Numbered from the stretch's first letter, positions 42,360 to 56,689 are shown. The stretch is 64,000 nt of DNA from Octopus vulgaris (GCA_951406725.2 OX597816.1:85932001-85996000); one strand, 5' to 3'. Numbers and translations: made by a program. Notes: generated by a model from the sequence alone, not told the origin.

Positions 42360-43776
42360 TATTTGTTCTATGTTTGATCCCCTCAGGTTGGTATTAAGAA
42401 AGGCAAATGCAGGGTATCAATTCAGAAATAGTAATGGAAAAACTAACCATTTGCTCTACATGGATGATCTAAAGATTTTCAGTAAGAATGAAAAAAGAGA
42501 TAGATTCCTTAATACAGACTGTATGACTCTTCAGCAAAGGTATAGTTATGGAATTTGGCATAGATAAATGTGCAATATTTTTCACGAGAAGGGGACAGGT
42601 AGTCAACATCTAAGGCATTCAATTACCAGATGGACAGACATTAATGTCATTGAAAGGAGGAGAGATTTATAAGTATCTAGGAGTATTAGAATCTGACGGC
42701 ACTAACTACAGAAATTAAAACAAAATTGAGAACGAGCACATGCAGAAGGGTGAGGAAACTAATGAAATCAAAGCTAAATGGTCCGAATCTAGTGGAAGCT
42801 GAAAATACTTGGGCAATATCGTTACTTTGGTACTCAACAGCTTTTGTATATTGGACAAATATTAAATTAGCAAAGCTAGGCAGAAGAACTAGGGAGGAAT
42901 TTAATATGAATGGAGTACTTCCCCCAAAAGCAGGAGTAGCAAGATTATACCTACCTAGAATGGAAAGTGGAAGGGAGTTAATATCAGTGGAAGACTGCGT
43001 AGAGTTAACTAGAGTATATATAGACTCCTATACAGTTAATAATGAAGAAAGTTTATTATAATAATGAAGAAAGTTTATTAAAAGCTGCTAGTGTCACAGG
43101 AAGATATAGGGAAACCAAAACACCAAACGAATTTAAAAACCAGAAAGAAGAACAGAAGTTGTCTGACTGGCAGTAGAAGGCGTTGCATGGTAGATTCCCA
43201 GAGATAGTTTCAGTAAATAGCAATAGAGAGACATGGTTATGGCTGCGGAAGAGGAAGCTGAAGAGGGAGATAGAAAGATCACGTATTAAGGACTAATTGG
43301 ATAGAAGCCAAAATAGACAAAAACCTAGAAAATTCCCAATGTAGATTATGCAAATCAAAAGAGGAAAGCGTTACTCATACAGAAGTGAATGTAGCATGCT
43401 GGCACAGAAAGAATACAAGACATGACAATAATTGACTTTAGAGTCCGAAATGATGAAAAAATTAAGATGAGAAGTACATAAAATATAGTTAAGTACCAGA
43501 ATCTTGCTATTACAGAGACTATGGAAAGTGTGGGTGCTACTCCTGCCGTTGGGTGAAGTACTCAATTTATATTAAATTCCTGCCGAGTTATAGGTGCATT
43601 AAGAATTATCTCTAAAGAGTTGAACAGATGGATAGAAGAAGCAGACATAAAGCCCAGTTCAGTACAGTTGCAGAAAACTGTTATTAGGGACAGCGAGGAT
43701 TCTTGGCATCTAAGGCTACTTGTTATAGCCCGATGTTAGGATTATTTTCTTTTCCAACTGTCTAATCTGTTGAGCG

Positions 43777-43778
<2 letters not shown>
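42360..43778 (+). mobile_element. R4/Dong-clade LINE, decayed RT-to-3' fragment between AAC/AAT tracts
   Basis: NHLLYMDDLKIF, MEFGIDKC, YKYLGVLE, RLYLPR..GRELISVED, LHGRF and CRLC..E...H..SEC..LAQKEYK. A (TAA)n tail lies at 43778-43863. Confidence 0.88.
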
Positions 43779-43863
<85 letters not shown>

Positions 43864-44395
43864 TCGTGTGGAACAGTTGACACAGTATTTGATGTCGAGT
43901 GTGAAGTTGGTTTCGGTGGTTAATGTGAATGGTGGAAGGATTTGAACTGGCTGCGAAAATAGAGAACTTGGCAACGTAAAGAAAACAGAATGGTACCGTG
44001 AATTTGGAAATAACAAGAGTCCAGTCGGTGAGAAAAACGGGTTAAAAAATAATAAAAGATATAAATTAAATCATTAGACTGGTGAATAAAAGAAGAGCTC
44101 ACCAAAACAAGTCTACGCATTTCAGAGGCAAATGAAAGAACTCTCTAAAATCTCTCTAAAGAACTGTTTATTTATTCCATAAATGTTATTGGCCTCATAA
44201 TTAAAGGTCTTTTATTTTGGTATTTCCCCTCTTTTGACTTCTTTGACTACTGCTTCTTCAACTCTAAGCAAGATTGTTTGCTGAGTTCCCCTACGCGGTT
44301 GTCTGAGCTATCGAACCCAGACTGTTATGTTGTAGGTGGTTTCGGGAGGCCACATGCGGCATAACAAGATAATGGAAACTCCCATCCATCGTATA

Positions 44396-45084
44396 CGAGA
44401 TCTGATCAATAGGTACCGGGACTGTTGCTATAGTAACGACGCTACTGCACGTAGAGTAAAGCTGCTTGGCACAAATTAACCCTGATTTCTACTGTGCATG
44501 TGCACTAAGATTTTACGCTTTAGTTTGCTTACGCTGTTCACAGCAGTGTTTCAAAATAACATGTATAACGTGTGATCGTCGTATTGAACAAGACAGATAA
44601 AGGAAATCGTTGAATCACCATCCGTAAGTTATCATAGGGTGTGCAGAATAGTTACGATTCAGTTCAGTCCATTACCACTGACGAGTTGGGTATGAGACGC
44701 GTGTCTGCTATGTATGCGCCAAAATTGCTTTCAGCTAACCAAAAAGACACTCGGATTTTAGTTGCACAAAATCTCTTCGATTGTGTCGAGAACAACGAAC
44801 ACTTTTTGAAAATTTTGTATAGGCTTCTGAGCAGGTATTGCCAAGATTTTGTCAAAATTTGATGCAAATTCTCTGCTCAACGTTCTCTGTCATGGTCAAT
44901 GCGACGATCATACGCGACACACCTTCCTTCCAACCCCTGCTGTAAACAGCAGAAGTAAGGTAGGTGATGACTTAGTGCACGTTCACAGCAGAGTTTAAGA
45001 TCAATCTGTGCCAAGCGGCTTTACTCTGCGTGCTTTAGCCTCGTTACTATGACAACAGTTTGGATTCTTATTGACCAGCCTATG
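44396..45084 (+). mobile_element. Internally deleted mariner-type DNA transposon with ~115-bp inverted termini
   Basis: Starts TA|CGAGATCTGATCAATA. 44396-44510 pairs with 44970-45084. The internal SVQSITTDELGMRRVSAMYAPKLLSANQKDTR...FLKI matches the mariner WVPxxL linker region. Confidence 0.82.
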
Positions 45085-45139
45085 TGTATATTTATAATCA
45101 GCACGAATTATTTGTTTATAGTGATCAAATGTATCTTCT

Positions 45140-45340
45140 GTACATTCGCTCTCTCCCTCAATGAAATAGATTTCGCCTGAACAGGTGCTCGGAGTGCCAC
45201 GCGTAAGTGTCGGCAAGACCACAGAGCAATGTGAAATGAAGTGTTTTGCGCAAGAACTCAACACGCCACCCGGTCTAATAATTAAAACAACGCTTTCACG
45301 ATCCTGAGTGCAACACCCAAACCACAAATACTTGCGTCCT
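45140..45340 (-). mobile_element. Decayed tRNA-derived SINE (family B-like head)
   Basis: GAGCAATGTGAAATGAAGTGTTTTGCGCAAGAACTCAACACGCCACCCGGTC..CACGATCCTGAGTGCAACACCCAAACCAC. Confidence 0.65.
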
Positions 45341-45404
45341 CAGTTTGTTTAAACGCTATGTCACAGGGCTTTAAATATTTAAATCAAGGTATTCCCCAAA
45401 TATA

Positions 45405-45612
45405 GGCTCCACATTTTGGCATGAGGCCAGCCGCTTCAAGGGAATATGTAAGACGTTTACATCGACCCCAGTGCTCAACTGGTACTTATTTTGTCGACCT
45501 CGAAAGTGTGAAAGGTAAAGTCGACCTCGGCGGAATGTAAACTCACCTTGAAGACGAACGAAATGCCGCTAAGCGCCTTTGCCTGGCGTGCTAACGATTC
45601 TGCCAGCTAGCT
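45405..45612 (-). mobile_element. SINE family A variant
   Basis: TACATCGACCCCAGTGCTCAACTGGTAC...GTCGACCTCGGCGGAAT...GCTAACGATTCTGCCAGCT. Confidence 0.85.
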
Positions 45613-46001
45613 GTTTTATAGTTCAGTAAGATATTATTTATTATTACACATGTGATTTCACCTTACTACTTACAGAATATTTATAGCTGAAGGTACAAAA
45701 TTTTGCATAAACAAAATTATTTGCTGGGTAGAGGTAGGTGGGATAAGAAAGAGTAGAAATTTGACTTTCTAGAAGTCACATTAAATTCTTTTTGCTTTAT
45801 ATATCTTGGCAACATCAGCTTGTTATAACATCTTGTAACACCTTTGTAGTATTCAATCGAGCTTCCGTTGTTAAAAGAGTTGCATATATATATATATTTT
45901 CATGTACATATTTCCGCTATAAACTTGAATACTTGCATTGGAAGTAATACATACATATATCATTATGTGTATATATATATATATATATATATGAGTGCGT
46001 G

Positions 46002-46036
<35 letters not shown>

Positions 46037-48293
46037 ATATATAAATATATGCATGTATGTATATATATAATTTATATATATATATAATACATATATATAT
46101 ATATATATATTTGCATATATATATGTGTGTATATCTGTATGTGTGCATATACACATGTATGTACATGTATAATTATACATAATTATCTTAATTTTTCAAC
46201 CGATTCATATCCCACCTAATGTTCAATTTGTTCTGTCTACCTATCTATCTATTTAATTATCTGTCTGTCGATGTATGTATGTATGTATCTATCCCCCCTC
46301 TCTCTCTTTCTCTCTCTTTATATATATATATATATATATATACCTTTTTCAAACTATGCTTTGCTAAGCACATTAACGTCCACATTTTCGCCTCATATAA
46401 AAAAAATTTATGTATTATCTCGCAATTACACCTTTGAAAACATTAATGAGTAGGAGATGACAAATATTGTGTGTAGATTGGAATACAAATACCTTGAAAC
46501 TTGATATTTGCGTACCAGCCCTTCAGAAGTTGATGTGAAGACATTTTTAACTTCATGAATTTGTTTTATTTTTGCTTGTGTAAAATCGTGTTCAAACTAA
46601 CAATATACCCCAAAGCAGATTTGGTTTGTCTTAGCCTGATGACAAACGTCATCAATCACAATATAATTCACTGACATATAGCTTGCATCCAGGGATTTCT
46701 TCTATGTTTGCAGAAAAGAAAATTGAAGATAGTCTTCAACAGTGTAAACGACAGGACAATTCCCATCTTGTCAACGTGATATGGTTGTCGCAATGTACAG
46801 TAACATACAGTATTCTACTAAAAATTGAACTTATCCACTCTAGAAACAATCGTATTGTCTTTAGTGGGATGAATATTGTACAGTTGGAAATAATTTCCGA
46901 GTATTAGACTTAACAATCTAAACAAAGTGCTCTTATCAGCAATGAAGTCGACGCGTTTCACTGTATGTACTCATAAAGCATTATATTTTCCTAGTGCAGA
47001 AGGCCAGATTCAACTTTTTTTCATTATCTATCTTTTCTATGTCTTACCTTAATATATGTACCAATCTGAGAAATCTCTATTTAAGGCAAAATAATGAAAG
47101 AAGAATCCGGAATTTATATAGTAATAAAACAGAAGGAGGTGACATGTATACTCTTAGGATCATCTCATAAAATACAGGCCCGTTATTGTATAATACAGTT
47201 TTTCTTTTGTCTTTTGGTATTACACCACTTTAATGGTTTAATGTGAGATATAATGTATCGTCATTTAGTAAGGTTTGTCAACCCGAAGGTTAAAAGACGC
47301 CAACAGCTGGGGTTCGAAGTAATTCTTCTCTGCACACAACCACACAAACCGTAACTCCTGACAACATTCTACACATCTGTTTTCCTTCATTGTTCTCGCT
47401 TTACTCAGAAACACCCCGAAACAAATTTAAGGAAACCACCCCATAACGTTCTCTGGAAAGCATCTTAGAAGAAATGGTAACGCGGATACAATTTGGTCCA
47501 ACACATCCATCAAATTCAATGTCAGAATTATAACCTAAAATCTTCACCAGGGGTTGCCATTATATTAGATGGATCAGAACGGTTACAACCGAAATTTATA
47601 TTTATGCCTACGTAACATATGTAACTTTCAGTAATGTTACTTATTTTTCTCAAATTTCTTAGCATTTTCTTCTGCTTAACGTGAACTGACTCATTTACAG
47701 GCTTAATACAAAAGCAGAAAATAATTCTTTCGTTCATTTCCTTGTTTTTGAAGGTTCGCATCCTCATCCGCCATTTCTTAGTTATTGCGGTTTCATTATT
47801 TTTCTAAATCGGAAATGATTTGAATACAGATCTGAAATGCTTTAAATCTCTTAATACTTGTGTTGAAACTAATGTGTATTCCTGCAAATCAAGGTGTAAT
47901 AATTAGTGTCAGAAACGAACGAAGATAAATTTCGTGATCAGGGTCCAGGGCATGCTAGATTAACTAGCTAGAAGTGAATACTGATGTGTAGCAATAGTAA
48001 AAAATATCGTGCAATATCTACCTGTAGACATACCGTCTCCATGTTTCTGGATAATGCAGCTATTACAACCAAAATGCCGTTTCAAAATTGTAAAATATTT
48101 CCACACCAATCATATGTGAAATGGTAAGTATTGACGTGCTTGTTATATCGATTTTGCTTGTTCAACTAATCAAAACCTTCGGAATCAACTGAAGAACTCT
48201 TAGCTTCAATGTATCCAGTAATCTTTATCAACAAACGAACAGAATAGTAATTAGTACTGTCTACATGACCGAACGAAGTTATATTTGTATTAT

Positions 48294-48673
48294 GTGGAGG
48301 CGCAATAGCCTAGCGGTTAGGGCAGCGGACTCGCGGTCGTAGGATCGCAGTTTCGATTCCCAGACCGGGCATTGTGAGTGTTTATTGAGCGAAAACACCT
48401 AAAGCTCCACGAGGCTCCGGCAGTGATGGTGGTGATCCCTGCTGTACTCTTTCACCACAACTTTCTCTCACTCTTACTTCCTGTTTCTGTTGTATTTCAA
48501 AGGGCTGGTCCTGTCACTCTCTGTGTCACGTTGAATATCCCCGAGAACTACGTTAAGGGTACACGTGTCTGTGGAGTGCTCAGCCACTTACACGTTAATT
48601 TCACGAGCAGGCTGTTCCTTGATCGGATCAACCGGAACCCTCGTCGTCGTAACCGACGGAGTGCTTCCATCCC
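48294..48673 (+). mobile_element. SINE family B, full length, with 11-bp TSD
   Basis: TSD ATTTGTATTAT at 48283-48293 and 48674-48684. Matches the 30738 copy. Confidence 0.92.
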
Positions 48674-51600
48674 ATTTGTATTATATATTAATAGACGAGT
48701 TTCGTTCAAATGTATGATAATATGCAGAAGCATGTTCAAAGACTGTGATAATTGTTCTGATTATACAACGAAATAATGAGTCGATGGTTTTAATTTACAC
48801 GTTGCTTATATACTTGTAATACCTATCAACGATGTTTTTCTTGCTTTATCAAACACCGTGCACTTCAGTATATCTTAAAATGTCAGTTTTCATCTCATGT
48901 TTAGATCTTAGTATATTATCTATCTCAGAAAATGATTATGCCCTGTTAATTCTTGCCGCTTTCGCATTAAAATCACGTTAACATCATACACACAAAATCA
49001 CACCAACCACCACACGTATATGTATGTATATGTGTGTGCATCTGTGTAAATATATGTAACTGTATAGATTTGTATAAATAAATTTATATGCGAGAAGGGA
49101 CGTGTATCTATGTGTTATAGAAGGAGATTGAGGAGGAAAGACGAGTGTATAATATTTGGGTTTAGATTCATATATATGAGAAAATCCGGCACCAATTTAA
49201 ATTCGGCATTAGTAACAATTGTAATCACGAAATGATATCTACAGACGCAACCCCTATAATATAGAGACACAAAAACCTAGAAAAAGATAAACTTTTAGCA
49301 CATTTAGAAACTGACCTCATTTATCTCAGCTAAAGAGTCTCCTCATTTCAATACATAAAACAAAGTACGACAGAACCTGAAGTAACTCTGACAAAATAAA
49401 TGAAGAAACCGAATGGTCGGACAAGCGTAAAATAATTGATTGTAGGATAGAATATTGAACTAAAAGACTAATGATCATAACTTTTACAGAACATTGAAGT
49501 GATTTCACAAATCTCTCCTCTAATTTGATAACATCTGTTAGAAGAGAGATATGTTTATTTACGAAAGCATCACACTAGTAGATACATAAATTATAAAATT
49601 AGGGAAAAAAGTAACACCCAATAATTGCAAACAATATATGTTATTTACTGGCAGAAACGTTTATGAAGAATAAATTTGTAGTAAGAATAACTATTCTTGA
49701 TATCAAAACTTATGCTTGGGAAACAATTGCATGCACATAAAACCCTAATCTTTAAGAAAAAGATCATTTGGGGTATAAAAGAATTCTGAACTAGAGCACC
49801 AGCTGATAGTGCTGATATATGTGACATTCTGTAAACATCAGCTATATTTGCTGAAGAATATAATCTTAGGTCGACCACACAGATATTTCTAGATTTCACA
49901 TGTAGAAATGTAGAATTCGGTCCATGACCACTGCATCAGATATGTGAATGGGATAGAAATCACCTCAGTCACGTCAAATAAAATGCAATATGTTTCACAG
50001 CAACATTTCCTTCAACCTCCAATATAATTACTCACCCACGAGCTTTCAGCGTATACATTTGTTGTTAGAAATTTCTTATGTAACCAATTAATTACAATAA
50101 CATGGTTATACACCTTTCTGAATCACTGATATTTACTATGTTCCCTAATTGTTTTTATTCTCTAAATAAGCTAATCCTATATTGAGTCATCCAACTGCGG
50201 TGTACACTCAATAATACGCAATTAACCAATAAAAATCCGTAACATTTCAGCTACTTTAAAAATTACAATAGATGGGTTGATAAGATATGTTTTAATATTA
50301 TTTGTTAAAAAGATATAGCCCTTTACCTAACTTAGAAAATATAGCTATTTGTAAGTGATGCAATTATTAAAGCAGACATCATTATTTTCAACAGTTGAAA
50401 TAACACTGTACAATATTACCGATTATTTAAGGATGAAGACTTCACATTTATTTATATGCAGACACAGATGCCGATGTAGCTATTCCTTATAATTTGATAG
50501 AGAAGGAGGCGTTTTCATAAATTCCCTGCTTCTTTCGATTTGTAATAATTGAATAAATGATAAAGTTGATGAAAATGTTAAATATCTGTAAGATGTTCAT
50601 CTACAGAATGAGAAACTTGAAATGTTGAGATTCTAGAGAAAACTAAACAAAATGTTCTGATTGATGTCGGCATAGCACGACGTGTGTCAGTTCCGAATCT
50701 AAATAGTATCCGATGAGCAAAACCTTTCCTGCAGCGATTGTAATTATGATGTTAGGGAATTGCGTCTCTATCGCAAAGAATTGTATTGATAAGTCTTCAA
50801 TAGGCCAAAAAATAAAAATAAGAAAGAAGATCAGTAGATCTTTTTTTCTTCTCTAATATATTTAAGTTTATATAAGCAGCAATGTTCTAGATTTAAGATA
50901 GTAAGCGCTAAAACTTTGAGCAATAGGCAATTGCTTTCAATGCTATTTTTCAACAAAAGGGAGAGAAAGAGTCCGAGTAATCAGAGTGTTATAAGGGAAA
51001 AGTAAATCTAATGGGATCAAAGTGTCAAATGTAATATGAAGTATGTTCCTTTTCTGATGCAATCGGAGATATTTTATTATTTTGCGTGTATGTTATTGGG
51101 AAATGGTGGAGAAATGAATAAGGAAGTTTCGGAGGAGTTTTAAATGATTGTTTCAGTGTATACAGGTGACAAATGTCATAGTGTAGTCTGATGACACAGA
51201 TTGTGCTTTAGGAGACAAGAAAGATATGTTTTGTGTATCAATTAAGGATATTCTTGTGTGCGGCTTCTAACTTATGTAAAATAATAGACTTTTATATCAT
51301 CAGAGTAAGGAGTACTGGAGAAGTGTTGCAAGTCGAAAATTATATGAACAATTTATCGTTATTATTATTATTCTTTTGTATAGGCTGGGGATGTTTGGAA
51401 TGCGACAGAGCAAACAAATTACGAATCTTTCAGCCTGAAGCTGTCAGAGCACAGTATATATTAATCGATGTCAGTGGTAATATGTCGCCTTCCAATTGTG
51501 TACTGCTAAACAACATTACATCATTTGTAATATTGTAGCATAATTTAAGCAGACTATTAATGAATTGGAAAGTAGATGGAATAAATGATAATAAACGAAT

Positions 51601-52538
51601 CATTCACTATATATTCTGACAAAAGTGTTTTAATTATTGTCAATTGTTTCAAAACTGAAAAAATATCAAATATGGTATTTACTTGTTAAATATTATAACT
51701 ACACAAAATTAGTGTTATTAAGATAGACTAACGATAGAATTGCTAATAACAGGTAAATGCTCGCTAGGAAAGAAAAATATGCAATTTTTTCCAATGCTTG
51801 AAAATAAAATCATTTTTCTTCTGGTTCATCTGTATACAGAGGCTAATAAACTGCACTATTTACAGTTAACAACTACACTGAATGTCATTTGAATGTACTG
51901 TTGGAGACTGAATATGCCGCCGCGAAATTTTGGCCAGATGCAGAGCCTAACAAATTACAGAAGTAGGTAATATTATTTGTTTTTAAAATGCAGACATTTG
52001 TACACATTATTATGAATTATTTCCATATATGCTAAAAGATTTCAATTGTTGAGACACTAACAATATCGAGATAAGAGCGTCAATAAACTACAAACATAGT
52101 ATGAAAACAAATTATATTAATCACCTAACTAGCATAATAGAAACAAATCAGAAATCGTTTAAGGAAAGGAGCCTTAAAGACAGGAAATTGATGAGCGTCT
52201 TATCAAGTTTTGTATATATGTATATATCAACCATTACCTTTTTTTCTAATATTTTTCTAATTATTATCGTAAATGAAACATTTGTTACCTTCCGGGTATT
52301 TAGCATTTTATTAAAATCGAGAAATCAAACAAAAAACATGAAAAAATTGAAACAAATATATTCTCTAAATTCTGCAATAATTCTTTCTTCTTTATGCGAT
52401 TATTTACATAGATTTGTTCATACATACATGCACACACACGCACACAGACATAGTGAGAGAGTTACACACATACACGCATATATGTGCACATATATTTGTT
52501 TGTATGTATGTATCTATTTATGTATGTATGTATGTATG

Positions 52539-52582
<44 letters not shown>

Positions 52583-53327
52583 CGTGCATATTCAAATGAA
52601 TGATTGTTTTGGAAAAATAAATTACTAGAATAATTGTAAAGAAACACAGGCATATACAAAAATACATACATATATATTGTTCGATATCGTTTGAATGTGT
52701 GTTTGCCTACGGCAAACGAATTCGTAACAATTGCCCATCACTAAAATAATGATTGCTTTAATTATTATGATTTTATTCAAGAAAAACGTTAAAAGCTATA
52801 ACAGTGATTTAAAATTATTTCTTGCTTTTAGCACAAATAGTACATTTACTTGCATATTAATTTGTAATCTAAGAAACTTACTAATTTTAATTCTTAAACT
52901 GGTTTTCCACTTCTCAGATTTTCTCATTACTTTTAAACTTATACACACTACAGTGAAACTCTAAGCATAATGAAATTCTTTTACACCCTTCAAGGTTTCT
53001 CAATCTTTCTGAGCCCCGATAGCTATTCTAAACTTCAGTGACAAAGAAGTCCAGTAAGCGCCAACATCATCATTGGAAACAGCTTAATTCACTGACGAAA
53101 TGTGTTTACATTACTATGTTAGGAACATTATTAGGTGCCAAAATGAATCAAAACTAACTTGTTTTTTTTTCTAAAAATGTTCCAATTCAGCAGTATTGAA
53201 ATAGTATTCGTCAAACTATGTTCGTCAACGAAGTCGATGTGTTTCGTTATCAAGAAACCCACATGGTGTTACTCCAGTGTGTGATCAAGTGTTATTTCCT
53301 TGTTAAAAATGAAAGGAAAAAATAAAC

Positions 53328-53490
53328 AGGCGCAGATATGTAAGTATTTTCAGTCTATTCCCCAATCACACGTTTATGGGTTTAGTCCTACTGCGTGACA
53401 CATTGGACAAAATTCTACGATAGCCTTGGGCCGACCAGGGCTGTGTAAGTGGACTTGGCCGATAGAGATTCTAAGAAGCTTGTCATATAT
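53328..53490 (+). mobile_element. Decayed CORE-type SINE family C, 5' part
   Basis: GGGTTTAGTCCTACTGCGTGACACATTGGACAA..TTCTACGATAGCCTTGGGCCGACC..TGTAAGTGGACTTGG. Confidence 0.65.
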
Positions 53491-54053
53491 ACATATATAT
53501 ATACATATGGATGTATTTTTCTCTATATATATCATCTAATATAGAATCATAGTTTTGCCTTACATGTAAGTTAGCACTTATTGTTTATGATACTACTGAT
53601 TGTGAAACTTAGTACACATTTTACAAAAATTCCATTTCCCAAGAGATCGTATCATGGTTTATTTTCTTTGTTAATATTCACCAGCAATATATGCCCCATT
53701 TCATATTCTTTCAGATCATTTGATATTTTAGGCAAGAGTTTGGTTGCTAGTTCTTTGTCCAGTTTTCTTCGTTATATTTTGAAGAACTAGCTGTTGACAT
53801 TTTAGCGGATTATTATAGCTACTCCTTTCTTTGTTAAATATTTATTGTAGATTAGTTAAATAAATTTGTCTATATTTTTCAAGAGAAAACCCCTTTTACA
53901 CTTCTCAAAATTTTACATCATAAATTTCTCTGCTTCATTGCATTTATTTTTCCTGCATATATTTTGCAAAGTATTAGAATATTCTAATACTCCAAACCAC
54001 TTCGGTATTTGCTGCATTTCCGTAGAAATTCCTCTCATTTGTTTTCTCTCTCT

Positions 54054-54107
<54 letters not shown>

Positions 54108-54124
54108 CTTATACAGACAGACAG

Positions 54125-54179
<55 letters not shown>

Positions 54180-54183
54180 CATG

Positions 54184-54215
<32 letters not shown>

Positions 54216-54242
54216 CATGTATATATATACATGTATATATAT

Positions 54243-54304
<62 letters not shown>

Positions 54305-54309
54305 CCTTA

Positions 54310-56200
54310 AATTAATTAACTTAGACGCCCAAAAATTATGTTAGAGTATAATATTGAAGACCGGACTGAACCATTTAAACCGATTAGACTTTGTATAACA
54401 GTTAAGGACCACAAAGATAATTATCTACGTAATACTCAGGTCAGATTAATATACCCCAATATCTAGATTCAGGCAAGCTTAACAAACCAGTCTTGGATAA
54501 GTACATATCAACCCTTAAGAAAAAGATTAAACTCAAGTTATGGACAAACAACCAAAGCGCAATAGAATGGTTCTCTAACATAAAATATCAGGATACACAT
54601 AATTTTTTCCAAATTGACATACAGAATTATTATTCCTTCATAAAGCCTACTATTCTAAATAATGCGCTTATTTTTGCTAAGAATATTACTAAGATAAGTA
54701 GAAATGAAATTAATGTAATCCTTGCGGCCCGTAAGTCCACTATCGAATTTGATAACAAATTGTGGGCTAGAAAGATCACCTCTGATTTCTTTCATATAAA
54801 ATGGGATTCCTCTCTCAGCGGAGGTAACTGAACTTGTAGGAATTTACCTTTCAGACAACATTTATAAAGAATTTTCCGAATTTGGGTGAGGCCTGTATTG
54901 AGACGGCGCACTTTTTCTTATCAGACACATCTCGAATAGACGCCTTGAACTACTTAAGAAACGTCTGTATAAATTGTTTTAATAGGTTCGGTCTCTCCAT
55001 TACTATAGATAATGAAAACTACTCAATCAACTATTTAGATGGTAACTGCGATTTAAATATTAGTTTACACCAACCTTATATGAAACCTAACTCTAAATTA
55101 AAGTATATAATCTATCAAAATAACCATCCACAATCAGTAAAAAGGGATTTAATAAGAAGCATTAACAAAAGGATCTCCTATGTCTCATGTAATGAGGACA
55201 TATCAAATAGCCATAAGGATAATTATGATAAGGCAAATATGGATGCGTGCTATAAAGATAGAAATAAATATATCCCACACGAGTATGCAATGAATAGTGG
55301 TAAGGACGAATGTGTAACCGCAAAAATATTGCACATGACCATGCACATAAGCGATGTAAAAAAGCACAGGGAGCTACAGCTAATGACACTAGTAGGATCA
55401 GATTTAGTAACAATATGGGCAACCATAAGAATGACAGTAACATAATGGGTAGCACAACGAGAGTTAATGAACGTATGATAAATAATATCAATAAACACAC
55501 TAACCGCGAAGAGACTACTGGTAAATCGGGAGATAAGATCTGGTGCACACTCCCTTTTTCAATGCAAATAAAGGCTGACTTAGCCAATCAATTATTTAAC
55601 GTTATAAATAAGCATTTTGATAATAATAGGTATTCTAAACTTAAAATTAGTAGTACAATAAGGATAGATTATAGTCTTACACATCATTAAGCGAGCATTA
55701 TATCCTCCCTGAATAATAAAAGATTAGATATTTCCTACTTAAAAAGAAACAAAAATAACAACGACGGCGATATTAGTAGGAATAAAAACAATAAACACCC
55801 CCTCTGACATTGTAAAGAGTACACTCATAACCAAAATAGCCACTTTATTCGCAATAGACTCAACCCTACCCCACTAGGAAGTAATTCCTCCCTACAGCAC
55901 AATTTATGTGACTGTAGGAATAGGAAAATTGTGCCTTCAGAATTAAGGATGTAATTTACCTGCAGAATTAAGGATGTAATTTACCAATGTACTGTCCCAA
56001 CACAGTCTAGTAAAATGAGTTACATAGGAGCTACACAAAATAAGATAAAACGTAGACTAGACGCACCAACATTCTTTTCGAAATAGAGACATAATTAAAT
56101 CGACTGGTTTAAGTAAGTATATTTGAGAGCTCAAGATAGTGATATTATTTTCACATTAAAATGGGAGATCCTCGCTACTACACCTTCGTATAATGAAAAA
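54310..56200 (+). mobile_element. Penelope-like element of Naiad type (RT + GIY-YIG), decayed
   Basis: ITVKDHKDNY..VRLI.P, LWTNNQSAIEWF, FFQIDIQNYY, AEVTELVGIYL, LY*DG (YRDD), INYLD, PYMKPN....YI...NNHP, IWCTLPFS, CDCRNR..C, VIYQC...SYIGAT and HSFR...STGLSKYI*ELK...KWEIL. Multiple frameshifts. Confidence 0.88.
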
Positions 56201-56221
56201 AGTATTGATTAGGTATTTTAC

Positions 56222-56662
56222 CATATACAGTTCTACATTTAAAAGATGAGGAGTTATGTACATTATTTACATTATTTAGAATTGACGGATATTTGATCTC
56301 ATCTTGTTTGTTGTTAACACAATGTTTCGGCTGATACACCCTCCAGCCTTCATCGGGTATCTTGGGGAAATTTCAAACCTCGGTTCTCATTCTTAATGTA
56401 TTTTTCGATGTCATATGGGCCGCATATCTTTTGTAACTTTTTCGGAGAGGCATTTCACATAGGGTAAGCAGACTGTGGACAGTTAATCGGTTTCATCCCC
56501 TCTCTTTTCTTCCTAATTGCAGTGGAGAGTATGATTTTGAGGTAGTTATTGCTTAATAGATTGTTACTGAGCTTGGTCATTTCTCCGTGGTGGGATTCAC
56601 GATCGCTACTTAAAATCATTGCTCGATGCTTTAGGTACTGAGAAATCCCTCTCTTTACACAG
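56222..56662 (-). mobile_element. Second PLE (Penelope/Poseidon-like thumb fragment) joined to a terminal module with a hammerhead-like core (56316-56356)
   Basis: [18 protein letters not shown]....EMTKL..NLLSNNY and TVCLPYVK...EKLQKICGPYDI, then CCGATGA-A-GGCTG-GAGGGTGTAT-CAGCC-GAAACA-TTG-TGT-T. Confidence 0.75.
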
Positions 56663-56689
56663 TATATATACATACCTATATGCATAAAC

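Noticed and set aside
47330-51500. Possible ancient LINE remnants (zinc-knuckle-like at ~47370-47450(-), CYADI at ~50665(-))
   Set aside because: The motifs are too short and decayed to support boundaries or a class without a profile search.
54899-54901. In-frame TGA in the Naiad RT as possible selenocysteine
   Set aside because: It falls on the Arg of YRDD, so CGA-to-TGA CpG decay explains it. It is not at a Cys position, and the copy has many other lesions.
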